Source: a virus (taxonomy: Duplodnaviria; Caudoviricetes). Taken from it: 27,372 nt of DNA. Position numbers and translations under genes: made by a program. The notes under the pieces were generated by a model. It had not been told where the DNA came from, did not search any database, and was given only the letters and a program-made list of their open reading frames with translations. Every line of letters starts with the position of its first letter. Within the stretch, counting starts at the first letter, position 1. Where the stretch lies: positions 1 through 27,372 of the IMG/VR virus record IMGVR_UViG_3300032233_001770. One strand, written 5' to 3'. Positions 6,735-15,685 of the stretch are shown here, in pieces.

Positions 6735-9700
6735 CTTACTGCAAGTGTCCTCAGTTCTGATATTCTTGGTGGATATGCTTGATTGGTTCCAGACATTACA
6801 ATTTTAATAGTATATCCAGTAAACAAATCTAAATTATCAGCAGTAAATTGATACTCTAAGAATTGATTATCAAGACTTGATGATACAAAGGTATCAGGCA
6901 ATCCACTATTTTTTGATTTATCTAAAACTCTATATCCATCAGCAGTTGTATATGTTAAATTATCATATCCGGGGAATAATTCAAATGATTGATCAACTTC
7001 ACTAGAATCTGGTCTAATTAAACTATAAAGAACTCTAAAATCAGCAGAAGAATGTCGATATGCAGATAAAATAACCTTTAATGTAGTAGCTGGTTGAGCA
7101 AGATTGACAGTATTTGAGACATATACTGCAGCATGTGGGTCATTTAATATAGAATTAACTCTATTATCTGCAGCATAATCTGAAATTGGATTGTTTAAAC
7201 GACTAGAAATGAATTCGGTAAATGCAGTATTTAAGTAGATGATTGGGGATAGGTTACTATCTGAAGTGTTGAGTGTTATTCCTGTAGTAAATGATTTGTT
7301 TCTGGGCAGGTTGCCAAGATATTGAGTTTCATTTTGCTTAGAGCATACAAGTCTCACTGATCTTAAAGGATTTAATGAATTTAATTGAATTGGTTCAAAC
7401 CCATTATCTAAGAATGATGTTTCATTTCCACCAACACTAGTTCCAGAAGTAGTTCTAATTGATGCAGTAGCAGAAGTAGAAGAACCTGGAGTGATGATAT
7501 CATAATGTGGCACTATTGAACTATATTGAATATTTTCAGTTGCGAGTACTTTAGAACCTCCTAGGTTTGCCTCTGAAGTAAATGATAATTGTGGCATATT
7601 TGCTGCACTTCCATCCGTACTTCTATTAAGTCCAGTTGTCGAACTTCTATCAATTTCAAGATAATATGCATCTAGTCCAATCTGTAAATCACTAATATCA
7701 TGAGTAGTATTGATTCTTCTTAAAGAAATTCCATTTAATTCATACTTATACACCAAACTATTAATATCGTGTGGGATTACAATTGTTGAATCAATTCCTC
7801 TTCCACTGGCAGCAATTGTTAAAGTACCATTTCCAACACTATTATATGCAATAATTTCGTTTTCGATTTTTACATATCCAATATTTGTCGCACTTACTGC
7901 AACTCCCTCAAAGGTTCCAAAATTTGAAGTATCTCCGATACTAATTGTAGATACCTGTTGCGAAGTTAAAGTTGCAGAAAGAGTGGTTGGTGCTGTACTA
8001 GATTCAACATCTTTAATTGCAAGTTTATTGGTGTTTCCATACATTCCGTGATCGAAATGATCAACTCTCATAAAGTTTCCGGAATATTGATTTCCAGAAC
8101 TTGACGAACTTCTAATAAAAGTACTTGCAAGAGATACTAATGCTCCAGCATTATTATAGTAACTTACTCCAGCACCAACAGTAAAAGATTCTCCCTGAAC
8201 ATTTGATAGGTATAATGTATCAAGACTGCTTCCAATTGCTCCGATAGTAATTCTTGCATCCTTTCCAGTATTGCTTGAGACTGAAGAAGTTACTATTCCA
8301 ACTACATCTCCAACAGCATAACCATTTCCTGGATTTACTGTTGATATTCCGGTAATAATACCACTGGTTGCTGTAATATTCAATACAAGACCAGAACCAC
8401 TTCCAGTAATGTTATAAGTATTTACTGAAGTATCTGTAACATAATTACTTCCACCAGTAATAATTCCTACTGATGATACAGAACTTCCGGTTCCAACAAC
8501 ATATCCATAAACATAATTCTTTGTACCATCAATAACTTTTCTACCCTTAGATAAATCAGCAATCAATGATGCATTTGTTGTTGTAGTGATTCCAACAGTA
8601 AGTGTTTTTGGTAAAGTTGTTAATGGATTATTACCCAATCTTTGAACATATCCATTACTTTCATCCAATGTTGGATTATAGAAGAATGCAGTTCCTGTAG
8701 GTGATGTGAATTGTGCCTTATAAAGTTTAAACTTAAGATCTTGATACTGATTTGCCGTCCATATAGATCCATTCTGGGACTTAAACAGACTGCCCATAGA
8801 GAACTGTTTAGAGTAAGTTACACTATCAACATCTGGAAGTGATTGTGTATTTACTGTCTTTTCACCCATAACTGCAGTCCATAGTTCATATTGATCACTA
8901 TTTTCAGAAATAATTACAACTGCATATTCTCTTCCGGGTGGCAAATAGATTGGTTCATCAAAAGTAACTTTAGTTGCAGTTTCACCATTAGAGGAAACAT
9001 TAACCTGATCAGGTCTTAATGTAACTGGATTTCCAATAACAACTCTTGTAGGTGTTCCTAGTTCAACAGTTCTTATTTCAACTTTTACTGGAGCATTGCC
9101 ACCATCCTTACTTGCAAAGAATAAATCAACAGCAGTCAAGAATGCTCCATTCACATCATCATTTGTAGATGTCGGTGAAGGTGCCTCTACATTACCACCA
9201 ACAACAAATGATTGTGCAAGTGGGTCAACATATCTTTGAAGTGTTGTTGTTGTATGAGTGTTTATTGTTGTAACTGATTGTGTTGTATTTGTTGTTAAGT
9301 TAGTTACGGTTTTTGTTGTTAAATTGTTTGTAGTTGCAGTGACAGTATTCTCCCACTGCTCAAGAGTTCCATCTGAATTATAATTTGTTTCTGCAGATGA
9401 GATTGAATTGCTACCAGGAAGACCTAAATCATTTGTCGAACTTGATGATAATTTAAAAGTCTTAGTTCCGGTAGGAATTCTAACTGTTGGTACTGGAATT
9501 GTATTTGGATCTCTTAAGTAGAATGTTCCAATTAAATCTCCATAATTATCAGAGATTAATCTGAGATCTTTTACATATGCTACTGCACCACTAGTTTGAC
9601 CAACCAATTTCATCCCAGTAACCAAATATCCAAAATATTTTCCTTGAGCTTCTTGTGATAGTGAAGATGTATCAATGTTCAGAACTTTTGATGATTGACT

Positions 9701-12700
9701 ATATGATGATGGTATAGATTCAGTTTTAATATATGGATTTATTGTGTATGTTGTTGATGGTGAATTGAATTTGCCGTACTTATGATTTGGTGTAGAAACT
9801 CTGAATGAAATGAGATTATTACCTCCAAATGTTCCAACAACAGTTTCGCCAACTACAAATGCTCCGGAAGCACCATAATTTGCTAATGTGGAATCGTTTG
9901 ATATCTCAACTAATTTAGGAATAAAATCAACACCACTATTCCCATCAAGGAATTGGTAAAATTGTGTTCCAGGTTTTAGATTGGATGCAGAAAATTCAGT
10001 ATTTCTGGATCTCATAAATGCTTCATCAGATGAAGATATTAAAACATTTCTAATAGTTGTATCAGTATCACTTACTGTATCATAATCAATACTTTGTGTC
10101 GTATTGGACGTTGTATTGGTTGCAGTTGTTGAAGTTTCTGTTACTTCTTTACCGACTACTGTGGTAAAATTTCCGCGGCCGTATATATTATTGGGAGTAT
10201 ATACTGTACTTTTACTTGTAGTTTGAATGGGAGTTAATGTAACGAAAACATCACTTACCAGATTTCTTTCAAGTGTCCTAGTAGAATTTAATGTTATACT
10301 GACATTTTTATCTGGAAGTTGAACTGTTCTTACCCAAGTATCAATCTCTGGACTTAATTTAAGATCTCCACTATAAACTATAACATTAAATGGATTCACA
10401 TTTTCAACTGTTGTAGCAAATGCTTGCTCAATCCACCCAATAGATTCATATTTTAAAGTTACAGCATTTCCAGTCTTTTGAACATTTGGATCTAGTAACT
10501 CAAAGTTTTCTGATAAATCCAAATCTTCATCAGTAACTTCTACTGCTGGTGCAATTTGTGATTTGAGTGAATTTCTACTGTTGATAGGTGTTAGTTCATT
10601 TGCTGCAGTATTAACTCTAATAGAAGACAACTGCTTATTAATTAATGAATAATTTTTAAAGTCATCAACAAAAAATCCACTCTTAAATCTATTTCTACCT
10701 TCAGAGTCTTGAATTTGAAGAGTTTGTGTATTAATTTCAAGTAATGATAATGAAGTAACTCTTTCTAGATTTTCAACTCTATCTTCAATTAAACCAATAT
10801 CTCTCATTGTATATCTTCTATTATCAACCAATGAAAGAATGGCATCAGATGGACTATAAAGATATGGTGGCAACTTAATGGTTGCAATTTCCATTACAGC
10901 ATCATTCTTATTTGGTGCCTTAGGATTTTTTGAGGATATTCCCTTTTCGAGGATAAAGGTTCCAAATTTATCAAGATATAACTTATCAATTCTTGGCAAA
11001 TAGTAATCATATCCAATCAAGGAACTTTCATTTGGTGAAAGAATTAAATTTGGTTCAGTTGTAGAATTTCTTGATGTAAAATCAAATGGTGATGAAGCAG
11101 TTCCAGAAAATACGGAAACTCTTGGTCTAAAGTCTAAAGTATCTGAAGATCTTACTGATCTTGGTCCAATAGTTGGAATATCAGTTGCAAATCTATCTTG
11201 ATTATAACTTAATACAGTAAATACATCACCAGTATCATTTGATGGTATGGAATAATAATCAAATACTATTAATAGTTGCTTAGAAGGTTCTGCCTCACCT
11301 TTATTTCTAACAATTCTTGAATAATCATAATATTGATCCTTTTGTGCCTTATTTAAAGTATAAGAATTTGTTATATCCTTATACTTACCAAAAGTAATAG
11401 ACTCAATTTCTGTAGTTATATTTGAATCTTTAAATACAACAGTTTCTCCTGCTAACAATCTTTCTGAATTTAAATATACAATTCCCAAAACATTTGTAGA
11501 TGGTTTTGAAACAATCCTTGCAATTGCTTTACTAGTATTTCCGAGTATATCTTCACCAATAATCGCATTTGTACTTACATTAGCACTAGATGTAAATTGT
11601 ACCTGATCTAATGTAGGTGCCGAAGAATCAAATGACTCATATACTGATATTACCTTTACTACATCTGGATAATTTAGTGATATTTCTTCATCTTGAACTC
11701 TTAATCCATAATATTGATTATATGCAAGTCCATCTCCAATTGAAGAACTAATTCCACTTCCAGATTGTGAATATTTTGATAGTGCTACTGATAAAATTTT
11801 ACTTCTATTATACTCCTTTATTTTGCTTTGAATCCCATTTTTGATTAGAGTTGTATTTACAGTAATATTACTCTGTCCAGCATTTAATCCACTAATAGTT
11901 ACTGTATTACCACTGAGAGAAAATTGATCGGAAGTTACTGTCCCAATTCCCCCTCCAGAATAATGAACAGAATATCTTTCCTGATCAAATGCAGCAAAAA
12001 ATGCACTAGTAATTCCAGTAATTGCAGATAAATCAAAAGTTAATACGCCAGAACCATTTGTAGACTCTCCTGTTATTTGCTTAGTGACAGTTAATAATGA
12101 ATCTGAGAGATTTACTGAAGAAATATTGGAATCTGGGAGTTGTGCATATAGGTATCCAGCACCTTCATTCCTTATGATTGCTGCTCCAATTATAACTGGA
12201 TAAGTTCCATTTGTAACTGTTCCTGAGTAAACACCAGAGACACTTGGAGTAATTGCAGCAATTGTTAGTGACGTTCCATCAGCAGAAACTGCAGTTACTC
12301 TATTGAAGGTTTCATCTCCAGTTGTTGTTTGATATCTAATAATTGTTCCAATTTTTATATTAGTAAAATATTTTCCAGGACTTTTTAATGTATTTGACCC
12401 ACTAATGGTTGCCTGAACCACTCCATTTGGAAATCTAAATCTTTCAAGTAAACAATCTGCAGTAAATGTTGGATACCCCGATACTCCTGTTTGATATACT
12501 GACTTGATATCTTCAGTAGAATATGCAGTTACAGTTCCAATAGTTCTTGGAAAATCAATTCCATTAATAATCAACTGCTCTCCAACTGAAAATGTTCCTG
12601 AAGTTTGACTTAAAGTAATTGTAGTAGACCCACCACCAGCAGAAACTGCATATCCACTAGCACCACTACTCTTACCTTTTACAAATGATGTTGCAGGTAA

Positions 12701-14110
12701 TTCTAAATTTGAAACTGAAGAATTTAAAACTAATGCTGTATATGTTTGAATATCGTAAAGATACAAATCCCAATTAGTTGCTGCATTAACATATGCAGCA
12801 TCAGTCAAACTAAAATTATATACCCTAGCAGCACCAATTTGAGTTCCTGCACCAACAAATTGATCATATAATTGTACCGGATATCTTTGTGCTGGAGCAC
12901 CAGATACATTATTAACTCTTATAATATTTCCCATTTCAAATGGAATATTGGCATTATCTACCGATTGAGTATCCCTTGGTTTTTCAATATCAATAATACT
13001 TGCTGAGACTTTTTCTACATCATATCCCCTCACATAAGCTTTTCCTGGAGATACTTTTACGCACATTAAATTATCTGATGGAGTATTCCCCTGTTCTGTT
13101 GTTTCAGTGTCAAAGAATAATCCATTATTTCCCAATCTATCATTTAATGAATTATGTATTGACGGGTTAAATTGACTTACTGCATAATCTCCAGATTCGT
13201 CATAAGTTCTTTCTGCCAAATAGTCACGAATTATATTATATTGAGTTTTGGTTTCAATTTTTTTAATTTTTCCATCTTGAACTCTCAGTAACTCAACAAA
13301 ATCAGTATCATTAGTATCAGATAATAATTTTTTGGTTAGTGTCAAATTAAGTTTAAATCTATCTGCTCCAGGAGCAGCATAATTTGTAAATCCCTTTGCA
13401 TTATCATATAATGAGACATCATCTTTTGCACTAATAATTAATTCATCAATTTTTAATCCAACTCTATATGACGGAGTATTTGTATAATTGTCAAGAATTA
13501 TAGTTTGCTTAGATACTTTTGCAAAATAACCTCTAATAAAATATACACCATTTCCAATAGATGCTGCAGATCCTATTGAAGTCGCATTTAAAGAAATTAA
13601 AGAAGCAAAAGGAGTTCCTGCATTAATTGTGGTGTTTCCATAAGTTATATTTTCTTCGGCAATTAATGACTCACCATCCTGAAAGGGATTAAATTCAAAA
13701 TTATTATCAGAATCTAAGTATTTAACATATAATGTTAAATTGTCTACATTTATATCATCTGGAAAGGCAATATATTGAATTGTTGCTGTTGTTCCCGATA
13801 TTTGACCAACTACCTTTTTACCTATAAAATTATTAATATACAGTGAAATATCAACACCAAAATTAGTTGGATTAAGTTTTACTGAATAAAATTGTCCATC
13901 ATAAGCAATGTTACCTGGGATCACCATGGATCCCTCTTTAAAGATATGACTACCAAAAGATTCTACTTGATTCTGTAAAATTGATTGTAAAGTCGTTAGT
14001 TCTCTTGCTTGAACCGGATACCCTGGTTTGAATAAGACTTTATAAAAATTCTTTTGAGAATCAAAATCATCATAATATGGGCTGATGTTTAAATCTGTTT
14101 TTTGTGCCAT
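6731..14110 (-). CDS. Large virion structural protein (VrlC-like / DUF4815-containing)
   Basis: 2459 aa; N-terminal LNISPYYDDFD..FYKVLFKPGYPVQARELTTLQSILQNQ, LAERTYDESGDY, YYLPRIDKL, NRRYTMRDIG..RVENLE, RFKSGFFVDDF, DPLAQSF, GSLFKSQNGSIW..Q.QDLKF motifs; follows gp8 as in cyanomyoviruses. Confidence 0.88.
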   Translation of the reverse strand: MAQKTDLNISPYYDDFDSQKNFYKVLFKPGYPVQARELTTLQSILQNQVESFGSHIFKEGSMVIPGNIAYDGQFYSVKLNPTNFGVDISLYINNFIGKKVVGQISGTTATIQYIAFPDDINVDNLTLYVKYLDSDNNFEFNPFQDGESLIAEENITYGNTTINAGTPFASLISLNATSIGSAASIGNGVYFIRGYFAKVSKQTIILDNYTNTPSYRVGLKIDELIISAKDDVSLYDNAKGFTNYAAPGADRFKLNLTLTKKLLSDTNDTDFVELLRVQDGKIKKIETKTQYNIIRDYLAERTYDESGDYAVSQFNPSIHNSLNDRLGNNGLFFDTETTEQGNTPSDNLMCVKVSPGKAYVRGYDVEKVSASIIDIEKPRDTQSVDNANIPFEMGNIIRVNNVSGAPAQRYPVQLYDQFVGAGTQIGAARVYNFSLTDAAYVNAATNWDLYLYDIQTYTALVLNSSVSNLELPATSFVKGKSSGASGYAVSAGGGSTTITLSQTSGTFSVGEQLIINGIDFPRTIGTVTAYSTEDIKSVYQTGVSGYPTFTADCLLERFRFPNGVVQATISGSNTLKSPGKYFTNIKIGTIIRYQTTTGDETFNRVTAVSADGTSLTIAAITPSVSGVYSGTVTNGTYPVIIGAAIIRNEGAGYLYAQLPDSNISSVNLSDSLLTVTKQITGESTNGSGVLTFDLSAITGITSAFFAAFDQERYSVHYSGGGIGTVTSDQFSLSGNTVTISGLNAGQSNITVNTTLIKNGIQSKIKEYNRSKILSVALSKYSQSGSGISSSIGDGLAYNQYYGLRVQDEEISLNYPDVVKVISVYESFDSSAPTLDQVQFTSSANVSTNAIIGEDILGNTSKAIARIVSKPSTNVLGIVYLNSERLLAGETVVFKDSNITTEIESITFGKYKDITNSYTLNKAQKDQYYDYSRIVRNKGEAEPSKQLLIVFDYYSIPSNDTGDVFTVLSYNQDRFATDIPTIGPRSVRSSDTLDFRPRVSVFSGTASSPFDFTSRNSTTEPNLILSPNESSLIGYDYYLPRIDKLYLDKFGTFILEKGISSKNPKAPNKNDAVMEIATIKLPPYLYSPSDAILSLVDNRRYTMRDIGLIEDRVENLERVTSLSLLEINTQTLQIQDSEGRNRFKSGFFVDDFKNYSLINKQLSSIRVNTAANELTPINSRNSLKSQIAPAVEVTDEDLDLSENFELLDPNVQKTGNAVTLKYESIGWIEQAFATTVENVNPFNVIVYSGDLKLSPEIDTWVRTVQLPDKNVSITLNSTRTLERNLVSDVFVTLTPIQTTSKSTVYTPNNIYGRGNFTTVVGKEVTETSTTATNTTSNTTQSIDYDTVSDTDTTIRNVLISSSDEAFMRSRNTEFSASNLKPGTQFYQFLDGNSGVDFIPKLVEISNDSTLANYGASGAFVVGETVVGTFGGNNLISFRVSTPNHKYGKFNSPSTTYTINPYIKTESIPSSYSQSSKVLNIDTSSLSQEAQGKYFGYLVTGMKLVGQTSGAVAYVKDLRLISDNYGDLIGTFYLRDPNTIPVPTVRIPTGTKTFKLSSSSTNDLGLPGSNSISSAETNYNSDGTLEQWENTVTATTNNLTTKTVTNLTTNTTQSVTTINTHTTTTLQRYVDPLAQSFVVGGNVEAPSPTSTNDDVNGAFLTAVDLFFASKDGGNAPVKVEIRTVELGTPTRVVIGNPVTLRPDQVNVSSNGETATKVTFDEPIYLPPGREYAVVIISENSDQYELWTAVMGEKTVNTQSLPDVDSVTYSKQFSMGSLFKSQNGSIWTANQYQDLKFKLYKAQFTSPTGTAFFYNPTLDESNGYVQRLGNNPLTTLPKTLTVGITTTTNASLIADLSKGRKVIDGTKNYVYGYVVGTGSSVSSVGIITGGSNYVTDTSVNTYNITGSGSGLVLNITATSGIITGISTVNPGNGYAVGDVVGIVTSSVSSNTGKDARITIGAIGSSLDTLYLSNVQGESFTVGAGVSYYNNAGALVSLASTFIRSSSSSGNQYSGNFMRVDHFDHGMYGNTNKLAIKDVESSTAPTTLSATLTSQQVSTISIGDTSNFGTFEGVAVSATNIGYVKIENEIIAYNSVGNGTLTIAASGRGIDSTIVIPHDINSLVYKYELNGISLRRINTTHDISDLQIGLDAYYLEIDRSSTTGLNRSTDGSAANMPQLSFTSEANLGGSKVLATENIQYSSIVPHYDIITPGSSTSATASIRTTSGTSVGGNETSFLDNGFEPIQLNSLNPLRSVRLVCSKQNETQYLGNLPRNKSFTTGITLNTSDSNLSPIIYLNTAFTEFISSRLNNPISDYAADNRVNSILNDPHAAVYVSNTVNLAQPATTLKVILSAYRHSSADFRVLYSLIRPDSSEVDQSFELFPGYDNLTYTTADGYRVLDKSKNSGLPDTFVSSSLDNQFLEYQFTADNLDLFTGYTIKIVMSGTNQAYPPRISELRTLAVR

Positions 14111-14115
14111 TTTTG

Positions 14116-15660
14116 TTAGAATTCCAGAATAATTTTAATGTCTTCTTTTTGTCTTATGTCTCTTTCTACCAGGGGTCTATTATCAATATAAATTATATCT
14201 CCTGTCTTTTTATTTATCTCTGGATTTGCAAGACCACTTGTAAAAGTTACTCCCAAATCTATAACCTTACTACCAATTGTAACTTTATTATCATTAAATG
14301 AAGTATTAATAGATGCAGTAAATGAATTACTTACAATATTTCCGCCACCAGATTGAAAATCATATACATTAGAATTTGCAGTAACTGAATTGTTATCAGT
14401 TTCATCAATCCCATTTCCAAAATATAAAGACCTATCTCTAAAATATTTTAAAACTTTAGTTTCACTATTATATGATGCTACATATCCTCTTGCAACTCCC
14501 TCATTTGTTGTTTGTGTAATTTCTTCTCCAATAACGGGAGTGCCACTAAAGTTTGAAGTTAGTCTAATTGCCCCTAATGATGAATATTGATTTTCTGTAA
14601 AAATATTATTAGAACTAAATGCTGTTGGATTTTTTATAATTCCAACTTGAGCAAACTTAGTATCTGTGGGAAAATCTTGAGTTGAATCATCAAATCTCGA
14701 ATATACCAATACCCTATCAGTTCCTAATTCAGAGTAAATATTATATCCGTGTCCTTTAGATGGTGGAATGATTGGTATTAGTTTTGCTGGATTTGGAATA
14801 CTATTTTGTGGTTGAATGCTTCCCAAATCAATTACTCCCCAAGTATATCCACTACCACCTGCAGTAATTGTTGCTGAAGTTATTGTGCCACCAGTCACAG
14901 TAATTGATACTCTTCCACCAGTACCATCACCAAGAATATCAACAGTTGAAGTTCCAGTACTGTAGTCGGAACCACCATCTTCAATATATACTTTTTTAAT
15001 TTGATTAAAATTTATACTAGAGTCTCCTGCCTCTCTAACAGCAACAATTTGGGAATCTGTTGATGTTTCCCAATCATTCGGAACAACAACATAATCAGTT
15101 GAATCAAACTTTATAATATCGCTTGGAGAAACTGAAAAGAGATATTTCCAAATATATCCATCTCCACTTGTTCCTGCAGCGGATGGTTCTAAATCTGTAA
15201 ATATTGGTTCATCTTGGGATTTATTTCCCTTTGGATTTTGACCGGAAGAACCATTATCTATGCAAATATAAACTCTATAATCACTGTTAATTACATAAAA
15301 ATTTGAATCGTATAATCTACTTGAATTTGAATTTGGTGTTGGATTTGAAATACTATAATCATGCCTATACATATCATAAGAAGTATTTGAAGTCCAAGTA
15401 ACCTTTCTTATAAGCCTTCTAATATTACTACTGGTAATTTTTTTACCAAACAGGGAAGTATCCCTATAATGTGCAGAATATTGGAGATTATCGGTTGGAT
15501 TTGGGATATCTGTATCCCAATCAACATTTCTCCCAAATCCAACCGTTGTGGGATTATCTAACCCTAAGAAGATATAATATGAATTATTATTGGATACTAC
15601 AGAATCTACGAAATTACTCGCATTCAATATTCTAAATTGGTCTGTTACGACTGCGGCCAT
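14116..15660 (-). CDS. gp8: Baseplate wedge subunit (T4 gp8-like)
   Basis: 514 aa; YDMYRHDYS, FYVINSDYRVYICIDNG, DGYIWKYLFSV, IIPPSKGHG, GDIIYIDNR..R..RQKEDIKIILEF motifs. Confidence 0.94.
   Translation of the reverse strand: MAAVVTDQFRILNASNFVDSVVSNNNSYYIFLGLDNPTTVGFGRNVDWDTDIPNPTDNLQYSAHYRDTSLFGKKITSSNIRRLIRKVTWTSNTSYDMYRHDYSISNPTPNSNSSRLYDSNFYVINSDYRVYICIDNGSSGQNPKGNKSQDEPIFTDLEPSAAGTSGDGYIWKYLFSVSPSDIIKFDSTDYVVVPNDWETSTDSQIVAVREAGDSSINFNQIKKVYIEDGGSDYSTGTSTVDILGDGTGGRVSITVTGGTITSATITAGGSGYTWGVIDLGSIQPQNSIPNPAKLIPIIPPSKGHGYNIYSELGTDRVLVYSRFDDSTQDFPTDTKFAQVGIIKNPTAFSSNNIFTENQYSSLGAIRLTSNFSGTPVIGEEITQTTNEGVARGYVASYNSETKVLKYFRDRSLYFGNGIDETDNNSVTANSNVYDFQSGGGNIVSNSFTASINTSFNDNKVTIGSKVIDLGVTFTSGLANPEINKKTGDIIYIDNRPLVERDIRQKEDIKIILEF
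14211..14218 (-). promoter_or_regulatory. Possible internal late promoter (GATAAATA) for the VrlC-like gene
   Basis: NATAAATA match inside the gp8 codons for E-I-N-K, about 100 nt upstream of the ATG at 14110. Confidence 0.4.
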
Positions 15661-15677
15661 ATTAATAGTTTTTTATG

Positions 15678-15685
15678 TATTTATA
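15678..15685 (-). promoter_or_regulatory. T4-type late promoter TATAAATA
   Basis: Plus strand TATTTATA at 15678-15685, overlapping the gp7 stop codon (TTA TAA ATA), 17 nt upstream of the gp8 ATG. Confidence 0.85.

Noticed and set aside
9235-9352. TTG/GTT-rich stretch as a microsatellite, CRISPR-like array or DGR repeat
   Set aside because: It reflects Thr/Asn codons in frame; there are no regularly spaced identical repeats, no adenine-specific repeat pair and no reverse transcriptase in the window.
5998-14110. Absence of T4 gp9, gp10, gp11, gp12 and wac between gp8 and gp13
   Set aside because: This is the usual arrangement in cyanomyovirus-like genomes, not a novelty of this window.
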